Virus record (IMG/VR): IMGVR_UViG_2687453529_000004
Strand: one strand, 5' to 3'
Origin: a virus
Lineage: Duplodnaviria > Heunggongvirae > Uroviricota > Caudoviricetes
DNA length: 45,019 nucleotides
Under the pieces are notes generated by a model that was not told where the DNA came from, searched no databases, and saw only the letters and a list, made by a program, of their open reading frames with translations. Made by a program: the position numbers and the translations under genes. Positions 1-10,802 of the stretch are shown here, piece after piece; positions within the stretch are counted from its first letter, which is position 1, and every line of letters begins with the position of its first letter.

Positions 1-750
1 TCAGTCAATTGTTTTGTTTATTCCATCTGTGACGCCGATTATTTTCTCAAAATAATGAGATGGCGTGACACCATAATAATCTTTAAATGCACATATGAAA
101 TATGAAGTACTGTTATAGCCACATTTCTGGGCTACGACATTGATAGAATAAGAGTTTGAAGTTATGAGTTTTTTTGCATACCTCATCCTAGTATCTCTCA
201 ATATTTCAGTAAATGACGTTCCTTCATCCCTTAATCTTTTTTTTATTAAACTTTCACTCGTATAAATCAATTCCGCAATATCTTTTAAATGCCATTGCCG
301 CTCAATATTAAAACTGATTATTCCAGTAATTTTACAGGTAAATGTATTTATATTTGTTAGTATAAATGAATTTACACTTTCGCGTTTTTTGAACATGGCA
401 AGTAAGGATATACATAGTCTTTCTTTTAACCAAAGGGAGTGTGAGTCTGCTATTTTAATCCCTTCAAACAGAGAAAAAACAAGCGATAATGGAGGTTCCT
501 CTTCAGCAATATAGCCATTCTTATCAAGAGTAAATTTGCCAGGCAGCTCATTATTCACGTCGATAAAAAAGGATAAACATGTTTTCTTATCTATATCAAC
601 AATTCTTAGTTTAGAGGGGCATACTGGTAACTCCCTTCTAATTTTGTCGCTTACAATAAACAATGAATTTTTTTTGAACGAGATAACTCTCCTGTTTATA
701 ATTAAATCAAATGATTGACAGATGAAAACTACGGAGCAAACATAATCCAT
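1..750 (-). CDS. appY: AraC/XylS-family transcriptional regulator, AppY-like
   Basis: 249 aa ORF with C-terminal AraC-type HTH signature; sequence recalled as the DLP12 regulator AppY; AT-rich gene and upstream region. Confidence 0.6.
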
Positions 751-1424
751 CTTGCACCTATCATAAAATTAAAACAAGTTGATAGCAGTCAAATAACAAC
801 CAATTAAATACACAATCATAATCAGGATGATGTGCATTTATATTTTTATACACAAAATTATAGTTTGCAAATTTTAATAAATTTCATTTAAGATTAAATT
901 ATTATATGTATATTGTTTTTTATTCTAACGTATTTCAAAGTTACATTTTTCAACGCTTACTATACTTTTTATTAACATAAACTCACTACAACGCACCTGA
1001 AACCTCTTGCTATATATATGTCAACCGTTTGAATTTAAAATAAAAAGAGTATCATTTTTACTTGCATTTCTTATCAAGTCACATTCAACAACAGTAAAAA
1101 ACATTATTAGAACCATTCAATTAACAAAAAACCAACATCCAGCTTGCTTAATTTTTCTTTATTAAACGACATTGAAAATCAATTGATAAAATACATCTAA
1201 ACAACCTTTTGGGGCGCAAAAGCATAACATCAAACAAACAAATAACACACCGAAAAAACTCACAATTAATAACCTATGATATACATACTGTTTATTATGG
1301 TTGAATAAGCCACTCGATATCTGGTGCTACGGAAGTGTCCACACGGTTTAGCAGCACCCGATACTTTTTCCAGGCTTCCAGCAACGAGTTTTCTTCCTCC
1401 GTTGCATATACAGCTCACCTTTTT

Positions 1425-1718
1425 TCACCCACGATTAACCAACAGCCAGACCAGCAGACACGCCACCACCGGCACAGCAAAATCCATCAGGCTTGCCACA
1501 TCCCACGCGCGCGGATCAAAACCGCCCCACCACGGCATATTCATTCGCTTGCCATGCCCGAACATTTCGATCCAGCGATATTCTGCCTAGGTGTGTTCAC
1601 GCGCAATGAAGAACGTACAACCGGCTATCGCCCCGTAAGCCCAGTTCCCGGTAAAAAGACCAATCAGTAGCTGCGCAGCCACAGCACAAAGCGCATGAAG
1701 GAAAGGTGTTATATCCAT
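1425..1718 (-). pseudogene. Small hydrophobic protein ORF interrupted by an in-frame TAG
   Basis: ATG at 1718 with AGGA 6 nt upstream; 43 codons, TAG at 1587-1589 (minus strand), then 54 more in-frame codons to TGA; hydrophobic segments in both halves. Confidence 0.3.
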
Positions 1719-1760
1719 TTTCATCCTACCCAATAAAACGGGGCGCTCGGCCCCTTAATA

Positions 1761-2801
1761 TTATTTAGACGCAAGCGCCGCCTCAATTGCAGATAATCTT
1801 TGTCTTAATTCTGCGTTTTCTTCTTCCAGTGCTGTTATCCTGTCGTCTGACTCTCTGGCTACCTGAACAAGCAAACCCGTTACGCCTGAGTAATCAACGG
1901 TATAGTATCTTTCTCCCTCTTCTCCATCAGACCCATTGTCCCCGCTCTTGTACTTTATTGTGCTACCAACTGATTCAGGGATTGCATTAAGTGCCTCTTG
2001 CGCAATAACGCCAGCATAAGGCATACCATTAGACTTGAGACGGTAAGTATACCCATTCATTAATCTGATGCGCTCAGTGGCATTATCAATAACCTGAATG
2101 TTTTCTTTAAGATCTCTGTCCGACACCTGGTCGAATGATGTAGCCTTGCATGACCCGTTTATCTCAAGCTGATAGGTTTTATCTGGGTTCCTTTGTGCAT
2201 AAAACAAAAAAAGCCCGCCATCATCCCTAATTTCATAAACAACTGGACGACTGGAATTTCCCCATAATAACGTCGACACACCAGAATACGCCGTACCTTG
2301 CGTGTTTAGTGTCATGGTCGACCCGTGATTAGCATATTTGATCTGCAATGAGTCTGTATTATCAAACTTAATAAGCGCGTTACTTCCCCGCACACCATAC
2401 GACATGAGACAGTTCCCCATCTTAAGGTAACCATCACTGCCTGGAAAAATTAAAGTTCCTCCGTAAAGATCACTAAAGTCCCAAAAGATACCTTTTGTCC
2501 CGTTATGTGTGACGATCCTCGTCATTGTATCTTTAGTACCATCAATATTTTTTCTGGTATATATGTCACTATAAGCGTTTTCCGTTTCACCAGTCTTATT
2601 TGACAAATGCAGCTTACCGCTGAATATAGTTCCAGTTGTTGGCAATGTTTTTTGATCATAGATTACATTGCAATAACCATTCCATGTTGTTTTATTGTCT
2701 ACATAAGATTTTGTTGCGTAGTTTCCTTGATCGGTTTTTAATTTACTAACATCCGATTTTAGCGTTTTGATGTCATCAGGAATTACTGTTTTTGTAACCA
2801 T
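1761..2801 (-). CDS. Tail fibre / tailspike-like protein with C-terminal intramolecular chaperone (peptidase S74-like) domain
   Basis: 346 aa; C-terminal SDRDLKEN...LNAIP...coiled-coil tail typical of self-cleaving fibre chaperone domains; AT-rich relative to lambda genes. Confidence 0.55.
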   Translation of the reverse strand: MVTKTVIPDDIKTLKSDVSKLKTDQGNYATKSYVDNKTTWNGYCNVIYDQKTLPTTGTIFSGKLHLSNKTGETENAYSDIYTRKNIDGTKDTMTRIVTHNGTKGIFWDFSDLYGGTLIFPGSDGYLKMGNCLMSYGVRGSNALIKFDNTDSLQIKYANHGSTMTLNTQGTAYSGVSTLLWGNSSRPVVYEIRDDGGLFLFYAQRNPDKTYQLEINGSCKATSFDQVSDRDLKENIQVIDNATERIRLMNGYTYRLKSNGMPYAGVIAQEALNAIPESVGSTIKYKSGDNGSDGEEGERYYTVDYSGVTGLLVQVARESDDRITALEEENAELRQRLSAIEAALASK

Positions 2802-2813
2802 TGTCTTACTCCA

Positions 2814-3083
2814 TTAAGCCCATGTCCTTACATGCTGATCTGTCGTAATGAAAGGCATTAAAGAAGATATGTTTTTACTGCTATCAACAATCCTCATGTT
2901 TACGAAAAAACCACCGCGATCAATGCCCGTACATCTTTCGTTTTCTGGCTCCTCGTAATCAATAATGCAGCCAATAACATCAACAAGAACCCCATTTTCT
3001 TCTTCAAGACTGAACAGGCCACTGTCATATACAATTGCGTTAAACTGTTCTCTGTTATCGAATCGTAATGTTATATCCCGCAT
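2814..3083 (-). CDS. Hypothetical protein (89 aa) between the two fibre genes
   Basis: ORF only; no family recognised. Confidence 0.35.
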   Translation of the reverse strand: MRDITLRFDNREQFNAIVYDSGLFSLEEENGVLVDVIGCIIDYEEPENERCTGIDRGGFFVNMRIVDSSKNISSLMPFITTDQHVRTWA

Positions 3084-5446
3084 TATACGTATTCCTTAAG
3101 CTGCGTATCTGACAATGCTCTGTTCCAGAAACGGAGGTTTTTTATATGACCATTAAGGTGTCGTAATCCTGTCGTCGTTTGCCCCCCGATTCGAATCACG
3201 GCTGCTTCACGAATATATTTCCATACTGTTTTGGTTTCAGTGCTTATATGCTTATTTGCAAATGAGCATGTCATGCCGTCAGCCTTAACCCTGAATCCCA
3301 TAACGAGATCTCTTACTCCGCATGACTCATATACACGCCGGTTAGCCCCGCCTATATCGCAATACGAATAACCATCCTGACTGATAGTTCCAGAAGAACC
3401 AAACCCCATAATAAATGGGCCTCCGGACTGGTGATTTTCTGAATCAATGACACGCGGTGCAGCATTATGAGAAATAAACCAGTTTTTATGGACTTCCACC
3501 ATGAACGTAAAAGGCATGGTATACATATTTTTCATCAGCGGAAATTTACATAAATCTGATGCACGAGTCGCTGGCTCTGTTGTCGTTATGATAAAGGAAG
3601 TTGCACAAGCACCATACTCGAATTGCGGGGTGGTTACTTCTATCCAGTCACCTGTTGCAAAAGCCCCCACTGCTCTGTCGGCTGCAATTTGCAGCTGCGT
3701 ACCAACCATTCCCCATTCTGGCAGACATTTCAGTGTTGCCTGAAAATATATCCATCCACTACCAGGGTCGATTTCAAAGTTTGCTGTTAATAGCTGGGCA
3801 TTACCACCCGTAATTTGTAGTTCATGAGTCTGTAATGACAAATAGGCGTCACAAAGGAAAGTGTATCCTTCCGAGTTATACCGTTCAAAACGGATACGTG
3901 CGCGAACATTGAGATCACTTCTTACCCTGAACGACGCGGTAACATACGGACCTTTACTGTACTGATCATCGCCAGTCACATCTATGCCTTTATTACCAGC
4001 AACTGTGCATATATTTCTCCCTGTTGTCGTTCCTGCTATGTCGCTTCCTACTGTGAAACGTCCATATTTAAACTCAAATTCATCTGTTGATGATGTTACA
4101 GATATACCACCGCTTTTATTCCACGCATCAGGATTAAAACTATTTACGAACATGTTTGTTCGCTGATTCTCTATCAGCAAACCATATTTTTCAAAACGAG
4201 GAGCGTTATTCCCTGCCACGGTAATATGCCCGGACTTATCAATATACGTTGCTGATGAAGCGCGGCTAAATTGGCATATGCCATTAACAGGCATTGTTAT
4301 TTCATCACTGCCGATGGTTATTGTTTTATAGCCCGGGGCATACCCTGTTATCGCTTCCAGAGAATCATTCAAGGGTAGCCAGATATCAGGAAGCGGAGGG
4401 ACTGAAGCAGGATCAGCGGCATCTTCTGCAATCCGGGCTGCATTCTCTGCTCTTGTTGCGGCTGACGTTGCTTCTATCTCGCTGGCTGCTGCTTTTGTTT
4501 CACTCGTCTTTGCGTTAGTTTCACTGGTTTTTGCAGCTTTTTGGCTATTAGCTGCCGCACTTGCAGAACCAGCTGCGGCACTCTCGCTTTGGGCCGCTGC
4601 ATCCTGACTGTTTTTTGCCGCAGTTTCGCTGGCTTTGGCATTCGTTTCGCTGGTCTTCGCTGCCGTCTGGCTGGACTTTGCGTTAGTTTCACTCGTCTTC
4701 GCAGCTTTCTGGCTGTTAGCCGCAGCAGTTGCTGATCCAGCTGCTGAAGTCGCAGAACCGGCTGCTGCGCTCTCGCTTTCAGCTGCTGCAGCCTGGCTAT
4801 TTTTCGCCGCAGTTTCACTGGCTTTGGCATTCGTTTCGCTGGTTTTCGCTGCCGTCTGGCTGGACTTTGCGTTGGTTTCGCTCGTCTTTGCGGCTGTCTC
4901 GCTGTTTTTCGCGTTGGTTTCTGATTTTTTGGCTGCTGTCGCGGAGTTTGCCGATGCAGTCTGCGAGGACGCTGCCGCCTGTGCGCTGTTAGCTGCATTC
5001 GTTTCTGAGGTTTTCGCCGCGTTCTTCGATGATGCCGCTGCAGTTTCGGATTTCTTTGCCACCGCTGCGCTCTGAGAGGCGGCTTCGGCGTTGCGTGCCG
5101 CTTCTTCCACCATTGCCTCAAAACGACGCAATGCCTCCGGCATGACATCATCTTCCGTCATGGCACCGAGAAAATCATTCAGCGTACCTGGTCTGGAACC
5201 TTCATAGACGGTAATGGTTCCGGCATGTGAAGGCGGAAAACCTTCAACCAGCAGGGTGACGCTGTACTGGCCATACTCAACATCCATGCTGTAACGCCCG
5301 GCTTCATCCGGATTTTCAGAGGCCACCGTGTTCACCAGTACCGTGGTGCTGTTACGCTTTGCCTTCAGTTGAATAGTGCAGTTCTGTATTGGTTTTCCCG
5401 CACCATCTTTCAGCACACCTGAGATTTTTACTGCTGCCATATCCAC
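3083..5446 (-). CDS. stf: Side tail fibre protein with internal tandem Ala/Ser/Thr/Lys-rich repeats and a LamG-like C-terminal domain
   Basis: 787 aa ORF immediately downstream of lom; N-terminus resembles lambda Stf; repeats KTSETNAK/AAKNSQ visible in the translation. Confidence 0.8.
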   Translation of the reverse strand: MDMAAVKISGVLKDGAGKPIQNCTIQLKAKRNSTTVLVNTVASENPDEAGRYSMDVEYGQYSVTLLVEGFPPSHAGTITVYEGSRPGTLNDFLGAMTEDDVMPEALRRFEAMVEEAARNAEAASQSAAVAKKSETAAASSKNAAKTSETNAANSAQAAASSQTASANSATAAKKSETNAKNSETAAKTSETNAKSSQTAAKTSETNAKASETAAKNSQAAAAESESAAAGSATSAAGSATAAANSQKAAKTSETNAKSSQTAAKTSETNAKASETAAKNSQDAAAQSESAAAGSASAAANSQKAAKTSETNAKTSETKAAASEIEATSAATRAENAARIAEDAADPASVPPLPDIWLPLNDSLEAITGYAPGYKTITIGSDEITMPVNGICQFSRASSATYIDKSGHITVAGNNAPRFEKYGLLIENQRTNMFVNSFNPDAWNKSGGISVTSSTDEFEFKYGRFTVGSDIAGTTTGRNICTVAGNKGIDVTGDDQYSKGPYVTASFRVRSDLNVRARIRFERYNSEGYTFLCDAYLSLQTHELQITGGNAQLLTANFEIDPGSGWIYFQATLKCLPEWGMVGTQLQIAADRAVGAFATGDWIEVTTPQFEYGACATSFIITTTEPATRASDLCKFPLMKNMYTMPFTFMVEVHKNWFISHNAAPRVIDSENHQSGGPFIMGFGSSGTISQDGYSYCDIGGANRRVYESCGVRDLVMGFRVKADGMTCSFANKHISTETKTVWKYIREAAVIRIGGQTTTGLRHLNGHIKNLRFWNRALSDTQLKEYV
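4470..5090. repeat. Tandem ~200 bp coding repeats inside stf
   Basis: Near-identical DNA blocks (e.g. tgccgcagtttcgctggctttggcattcgtttcgctgg at ~4611 and ~4806); repeated peptides in the forward and shadow frames. Confidence 0.7.
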
Positions 5447-5504
5447 TCCACAAAAAAGCCCGCCTGAACCGGCGGGCTGTCATAACACTGTGTTACCTGG
5501 CTAA

Positions 5505-6104
5505 TCAGAATTTATAACCGACACCCACGATGAAACCGTCAGTGCGCCAGTCGCCACTGCCGGAGCCTTCATAAGCAATATCAATGGCCACGGATTCGGT
5601 CGGGTTAAACTGCACGCCAGCTCCCCACGCCAGAGACGTGTTGCTGTGGCGATCGTCATCACTTCCGGTCAGCACATCGTGCGTTTTCCCCTTGTTGTCA
5701 GTTACGCGGAGATAATCCCCGGAGAACGTCGAAACACGGCTGTAAGCCACACCTGCCATCGCATAAGCACTGAACCATTCATTCACGCGTACAGATGGCC
5801 CCGCCATCATGCTGAACCAGCGGTTACGCACTGAATCTTCATGCCAGCGGGTATCGCTGTAATGCGTTTTTTGCTCATCTTTGGCATTGGCATAACTGAA
5901 TGACGTCACCAGCCCCAGCGTGTCCGTAAATTCATAACGGTATTTCACGTTAATGCCCTTCAGGTCATCACTGCCTGGCATATCAGTATAGGTCTGAAGA
6001 TACCCGGCGCTTAGTGTGGACTGATGCTCTGCTGCGCTCGCTGGCGTACCAGCGGCAACCAGCCAGACTACTGCGGACAGAATAACAGCACATAATTTAC
6101 GCAT
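5505..6104 (-). CDS. lom: Outer membrane protein Lom (Ail/Lom family)
   Basis: 199 aa, signal peptide, C-terminal ...GVGYKF beta-barrel terminus; position after J. Confidence 0.85.
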   Translation of the reverse strand: MRKLCAVILSAVVWLVAAGTPASAAEHQSTLSAGYLQTYTDMPGSDDLKGINVKYRYEFTDTLGLVTSFSYANAKDEQKTHYSDTRWHEDSVRNRWFSMMAGPSVRVNEWFSAYAMAGVAYSRVSTFSGDYLRVTDNKGKTHDVLTGSDDDRHSNTSLAWGAGVQFNPTESVAIDIAYEGSGSGDWRTDGFIVGVGYKF

Positions 6105-6171
6105 AATTACCTCTCGCTTTTCTGCAATAAAAAAGGCGTCATTTCTGACGCCCGTATTGGGGTTATAAAAT

Positions 6172-9100
6172 TCAGCTGATACTGATGCCTGCGGTGGCTT
6201 TCTTCATCACCACAACCAGCAAATCGCTGATACTTGCTGTGGGATACCAGCCATTTACCAGCCATGCCGATACAGAAAATTCCAGTGTCATGACACCACT
6301 GCCTGCAGGCATATCAATAACACCCGTATATATCAGCGTATTATCCAGAGCCGTTCGGTTATAAATTTCAGCACCGTTTTTTCGTACTATCAGACGGCAT
6401 GAGGAGTAGATATCAGTATGATCTTGCTCATGTTTAGCGCCACTGAATGCCACCGCCGGGATAACAATTTGCCGGTCAAACGGCTGATCGTCATAAACCC
6501 TGACGGTAATGGTTCCTGATGGCCACCGCTCCGGTGCACGGGAGTCCCGGGGGAAAGCTTTGCCCACCGTTTTAACGAGATCGCCTTCAATCTGGTTCGC
6601 GGACAGTTTTCCCAGAACCCGGCAGTTCTCGTTAATCGTGACGTTGTTGAGCGTCCCGGAGTTCGCATTCACGTTACCGCTGATATCGGCATTTTTCGCC
6701 GTCAGCCGCCCGTCCGGTGTCAGGGAAAATGCCGGAGGATTACCGCCGCTGGTAATGGTGGGAGCCGTCAGATATTTCAGGAACACTTCGTTCATGAATA
6801 TCTGATCGCCCTGACCAACAAACATCGGCTTTGTGTTGCCATTCGCAGGATTAACCATCGCAATCCTGTCCGCCGCCAGCAGCACCTGACTCTGCATGCC
6901 GTCAGGGGTGTTCTCAATACCGGCACCAATACCCGCGATATAAAGGCGTCCGTCCTGCATCTGCTGCAGCTTCACAGCCCACATGCTGTTCAGGTTATTA
7001 TTTGTATCAACCTGAACCTTCTGTATCTGCTGGATCGCCGCACTCTGGTCTTCCAGTTTCTTATTGACAGTCTGCGTGATTTCATTGCTGACATCCGTAA
7101 TGGACGTCCTGATTTCAGCCAGGTCAGGCGCAAGCTGACCGTTATCAATCTGCGTCCACAGCTCCTGAGCCAGATGTGTTTTCCCTATCTCTCCTTTGAA
7201 AAAATCCAGGTAACCTTCCGCATCATCGCTCGCCCGACCGATAGCCTCCACGAATGCCGATTTGCCAACAGTATTCACACTGCGGATATAAAAGTAATAA
7301 TCATGGCCCGGTTTGATATTGATACTGGCGGCTATCCAGTACAGTGCCGTACCAAGATAACGCGCGCTGGTTTCAACCTGCCTGATATCCGCAATCCGTT
7401 TTTCCGAGAACCAGAACTCAAACTGTACCGTCGGGTCATAAACCGCAAGATGCGGCGTGGCGGTTATCTGAAAATAGCCCGGTGTCAGCTCAATCCGAGA
7501 CGGCGCTGCCGGTGCGGCAATCCGGAACGATACCGATGCCGGATCGCCCTGCTGTCCCCACGCATTTACCGCCCGGACTGTCAGCCTGTAGTTCCCCAAC
7601 GCCAGTTGTGTGAAGCGGTATGTGGTTTCCGTCGTCCGGGCCGTGCTGACCAGCCGCTCACTGCCGTCGTCCGCTGTTACGGTCAGACGGAGCAGGAAGC
7701 TCACGCCCTTCACCACCTTCGGTGTGTCCCAGCGCGCCAGCACCTGATATTCCCCGCTGTCTGCGGTGACTTCGGCAGTCAGGTGCTGCACCGCTGGCGG
7801 CGTGACACCATTCACCGTGCCGCTCTGGTCGCCGTCAAAGTGCGCCCCGTTATCCACGATGGCCTCTTTTTCCGGCACATGCTGCACGGCGGTGATGGCA
7901 TACGTGCCGTCGTCGTTCTCACGGATACTCACACAGCGGAACAGGCGCTGGCGCAGCGTCGGCAGCTTCAGCCCCCACACACTGTATTCTGCAACGCCGT
8001 CAGGAACCCGGTTCACTTTCACCTTAAGTCCGTCGGTGACGGACTGAACCTCCACGCTGACCGGATTACCACTTCCGTCAACCAGGCTTATCAGCGTGGT
8101 ACCGGAGGATGGCAGCGTGATTTCACGGTCGAGCGTCAGCGTCCGGGTCTGGCTGTTCACCGCCAGCACGCGACCACCGGTGCTGATACCGACATAGTCA
8201 TCATCGCAGATTTCAATGACATCGCCCGGTACATGGCGAAGCCCTTCAGCACCCACGCTGAAATCCACGGTCTGCGTCTCCAGCAGTTCCGTTTTAATCA
8301 GCCACAGCCCGGCGCGGTGTGCCTGCCCCCGGCTGGTACAGCCAAAGGCATCCATCTTCGTGACATTACGACCGTAACGGGCAATGGCCTGCGTATCTTC
8401 AACAAGCTCTGTCGCCGTCTCCCAGCCGTTGTCCGGGTCAATCCAGTTCACCTCAACGGCATTATGGCGGTCCTTCAGGGCGCTGAAGCTGTAGCGGAAC
8501 GGCGCGCCATCATCCGGCATCACCACATTACTGCGGTTATAGGTCCACACCTTATCCGACGGTCGGTCCTGCACGAACGTCAGCGTCTGCCCGTTCCATA
8601 CCGGCATACAGCGCATCGCCGAGCAGAAATCACTGAGCACATCCCACGCCTTGCGCTGTGTGGTCAGGTACGCATTACAGGTGATGCGCGGCTCCGTGCC
8701 GCCAAAGCCGTCCGGCACTGACTGGTCGCAGTACTGGCCGATGACATACAGCGCCCATTTGTCCACATCCGCCGCACCAAGACGTTTCCCCATGCCGTAG
8801 CGTGGATGGGTCAGCATATCCCACAGACACCAGGCCATGTTATTGCTGTATGCTGGCTTAAACGTTCCGTCCCAGATACCGCTGTATTGCCGAGTCTGCG
8901 GGTTATAGTTCGACGGCACCTGCAGAATACGCCCGCGCAGATGATAATTACGGCTCACCTGCTGGCTGCCGAACTGCTCCGAATCCACCTGTACGCCGAC
9001 CAGTGCCGTGTTCGGGTAGCACTGTTTCACATCGATGATTTCGGTGTATGACGACCAGAGCGTTTTGTTCTGCAGCTGGTCTGTGGTGCTGTCCGGCGTC

Positions 9101-9651
9101 ATCCTGCGCATCCGGATATTGAACGGGCGCGGCGGCAGGTTATCCACCACCACCGAGGCCAGATACTGCGAGGTGGTTTTGCCCTTAATGGTGATGTCTT
9201 TTTCCGTCACCCAGCCACCATTACGCTGTATCTGAACCAGCAGGCGGACTTCCGACGGATTCCGGTCCCCCTTTGAGGTGGTTTCCACCAGTGCCTGTAC
9301 ACCGAAGGTAAAGCGCAGACGGTCGATGTTTGCCGACGTGATGGTCCGGGTGATCGGCGTGTCATATTTCACTTCCGTACCCAGCACCGTCTCGGAGCCG
9401 GAGGATTCAAATCCCTCCGGCGGTGACTGCTCCTGCTCACCGGTCCGGAACACCACCGTGACGCCGGAGATATTGGTATTCCCCTCACTGTCCAGCACCG
9501 GCGTACTGTTCAGCAGCACGCTTTTTAATCCGTCCACCGGACCTTCAACCGGCCCTTCGCTGATGGCATCGATCACACTCAGCAGCTGCGTGGACTTCAG
9601 GTTGTCCTTCGCTTCGCGCGGGGTATGCCCCTTACTGCTGCCTTTACCCAT
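6172..9651 (-). CDS. J: Tail tip attachment / central tail fibre protein J
   Basis: 1159 aa; N-terminal region matches recalled lambda gpJ (1132 aa); C-terminal receptor-binding end appears divergent. Confidence 0.9.
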   Translation of the reverse strand: MGKGSSKGHTPREAKDNLKSTQLLSVIDAISEGPVEGPVDGLKSVLLNSTPVLDSEGNTNISGVTVVFRTGEQEQSPPEGFESSGSETVLGTEVKYDTPITRTITSANIDRLRFTFGVQALVETTSKGDRNPSEVRLLVQIQRNGGWVTEKDITIKGKTTSQYLASVVVDNLPPRPFNIRMRRMTPDSTTDQLQNKTLWSSYTEIIDVKQCYPNTALVGVQVDSEQFGSQQVSRNYHLRGRILQVPSNYNPQTRQYSGIWDGTFKPAYSNNMAWCLWDMLTHPRYGMGKRLGAADVDKWALYVIGQYCDQSVPDGFGGTEPRITCNAYLTTQRKAWDVLSDFCSAMRCMPVWNGQTLTFVQDRPSDKVWTYNRSNVVMPDDGAPFRYSFSALKDRHNAVEVNWIDPDNGWETATELVEDTQAIARYGRNVTKMDAFGCTSRGQAHRAGLWLIKTELLETQTVDFSVGAEGLRHVPGDVIEICDDDYVGISTGGRVLAVNSQTRTLTLDREITLPSSGTTLISLVDGSGNPVSVEVQSVTDGLKVKVNRVPDGVAEYSVWGLKLPTLRQRLFRCVSIRENDDGTYAITAVQHVPEKEAIVDNGAHFDGDQSGTVNGVTPPAVQHLTAEVTADSGEYQVLARWDTPKVVKGVSFLLRLTVTADDGSERLVSTARTTETTYRFTQLALGNYRLTVRAVNAWGQQGDPASVSFRIAAPAAPSRIELTPGYFQITATPHLAVYDPTVQFEFWFSEKRIADIRQVETSARYLGTALYWIAASINIKPGHDYYFYIRSVNTVGKSAFVEAIGRASDDAEGYLDFFKGEIGKTHLAQELWTQIDNGQLAPDLAEIRTSITDVSNEITQTVNKKLEDQSAAIQQIQKVQVDTNNNLNSMWAVKLQQMQDGRLYIAGIGAGIENTPDGMQSQVLLAADRIAMVNPANGNTKPMFVGQGDQIFMNEVFLKYLTAPTITSGGNPPAFSLTPDGRLTAKNADISGNVNANSGTLNNVTINENCRVLGKLSANQIEGDLVKTVGKAFPRDSRAPERWPSGTITVRVYDDQPFDRQIVIPAVAFSGAKHEQDHTDIYSSCRLIVRKNGAEIYNRTALDNTLIYTGVIDMPAGSGVMTLEFSVSAWLVNGWYPTASISDLLVVVMKKATAGISIS

Positions 9652-9711
9652 TCCTCACGCTCCATAAACGACAAAACCGCCCGCAGGCGGTTTCACATAA
9701 AACATTTTGCA

Positions 9712-10797
9712 TCAGCGACCAATCACCACAACCTGACCACCATCCCCTTCGTCTGCCGTGCTGATCTCCTGAGAAACCACGCGTGACCCCACGCGCATTT
9801 CACCGTACAGAACAGGCAGAACATTGCCCTGGGCAACCATGTTATCCAGTGAGGAGAAATAGGTGTTCTGTTTGCCGTTATCCGTTGTCTGTGTACGGGG
9901 AGTTCTGGCTTTCGGTGCCAGCATCTGCGCCACACCACCGAGCACCATACTGGCACCGAGAGAAAACAGGATGCCGGTCATACCACCGGCCCCAATGGCT
10001 GCCCCCCATGCTGCAAGGGTGGCTCCGGCAGTAAAGAATGATCCGGCAATGGCGGCTGCTCCCAGGACAATCTGGAATACGCCACCTGACTTGGCCCCGG
10101 CGACTCTGGGAACAATATGAATCACAGCGCCATCAGGCAGAGTCTCATGTAACTGCGCCGTTAACCCGGACGTGCTGACGTCCCGCCCGGCAATCCGTAC
10201 CTGATACCAGCCGTCGCAGCCGCAGTAAATTGCGGCGTGATTCGGCACCGATGAACCAAAACAGCACAGCAGCACATCGCCCGGCTGTGCCGCTGACAAC
10301 GGCACCTGATACAGCCCCGTCGCCTCCAGATTATCCAGATAGAGATTCTGGCCGTTACGCCACCAGTCATCCTCACGATGAAAGTCCGGCATCTCAATCC
10401 CCGCCAGATGATAAGCATCCCGGAACAGTGTGTAACAGTCCGTCACACCGTGCTCAAAGCGCCGCCCGGTGAGATGCGGCACACAGCGGAACTTATGAAT
10501 CGTCCCCCGGCAGACCAGCCACCACGGCAAATCACTCTGCACCTGCAGCCGCCGGTCGGCCTCACTCAGCCAGGGCAGACCACCGGGGTGGCTGTGGACC
10601 AGCGCCACAATCTCACCCTGCATTTCTGCCTGCAGCCAGTCTTCCGGCGACATACGGAAATACGCCTCCGGCTCACCGGAGATATTCACGCAGGGGAAAT
10701 ATCTTTCCCCCTCCGGCGTGCTTACCACGAAGCCGCACGACTCCGCTGGCGCACATCGCCGGGCGTGCGCCAGAATCGCTGATTCTGTCTGTGTCAT
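9712..10797 (-). CDS. Tail tip assembly proteins K and I fused in one frame
   Basis: 361 aa ORF: N-terminus is gpK (JAMM HSHP motif, NlpC/P60-like Cys), C-terminus is the gpI end (...TADEGDGGQVVVIGR); lambda has separate overlapping K (199 aa) and I (223 aa). Confidence 0.75.
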   Translation of the reverse strand: MTQTESAILAHARRCAPAESCGFVVSTPEGERYFPCVNISGEPEAYFRMSPEDWLQAEMQGEIVALVHSHPGGLPWLSEADRRLQVQSDLPWWLVCRGTIHKFRCVPHLTGRRFEHGVTDCYTLFRDAYHLAGIEMPDFHREDDWWRNGQNLYLDNLEATGLYQVPLSAAQPGDVLLCCFGSSVPNHAAIYCGCDGWYQVRIAGRDVSTSGLTAQLHETLPDGAVIHIVPRVAGAKSGGVFQIVLGAAAIAGSFFTAGATLAAWGAAIGAGGMTGILFSLGASMVLGGVAQMLAPKARTPRTQTTDNGKQNTYFSSLDNMVAQGNVLPVLYGEMRVGSRVVSQEISTADEGDGGQVVVIGR

Positions 10798-10802
10798 GGG
10801 AT

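Noticed and set aside
4470-5090. Tandem repeats that might suggest a CRISPR array
   Set aside because: Repeats are long (~200 bp), coding and in frame within stf, with no short repeat-spacer periodicity and no cas genes
4474-5151. 225 aa Arg/Gln/Pro-rich ORF, and + strand ORFs at 4635-5075
   Set aside because: Alternative-frame and antisense readings of the stf repeat region; composition driven by the repeat
7174-8721. 515 aa + strand ORF
   Set aside because: Antisense shadow ORF inside J; the translation is low-complexity and Arg/Cys/His-rich; J on the other strand is clearly genuine
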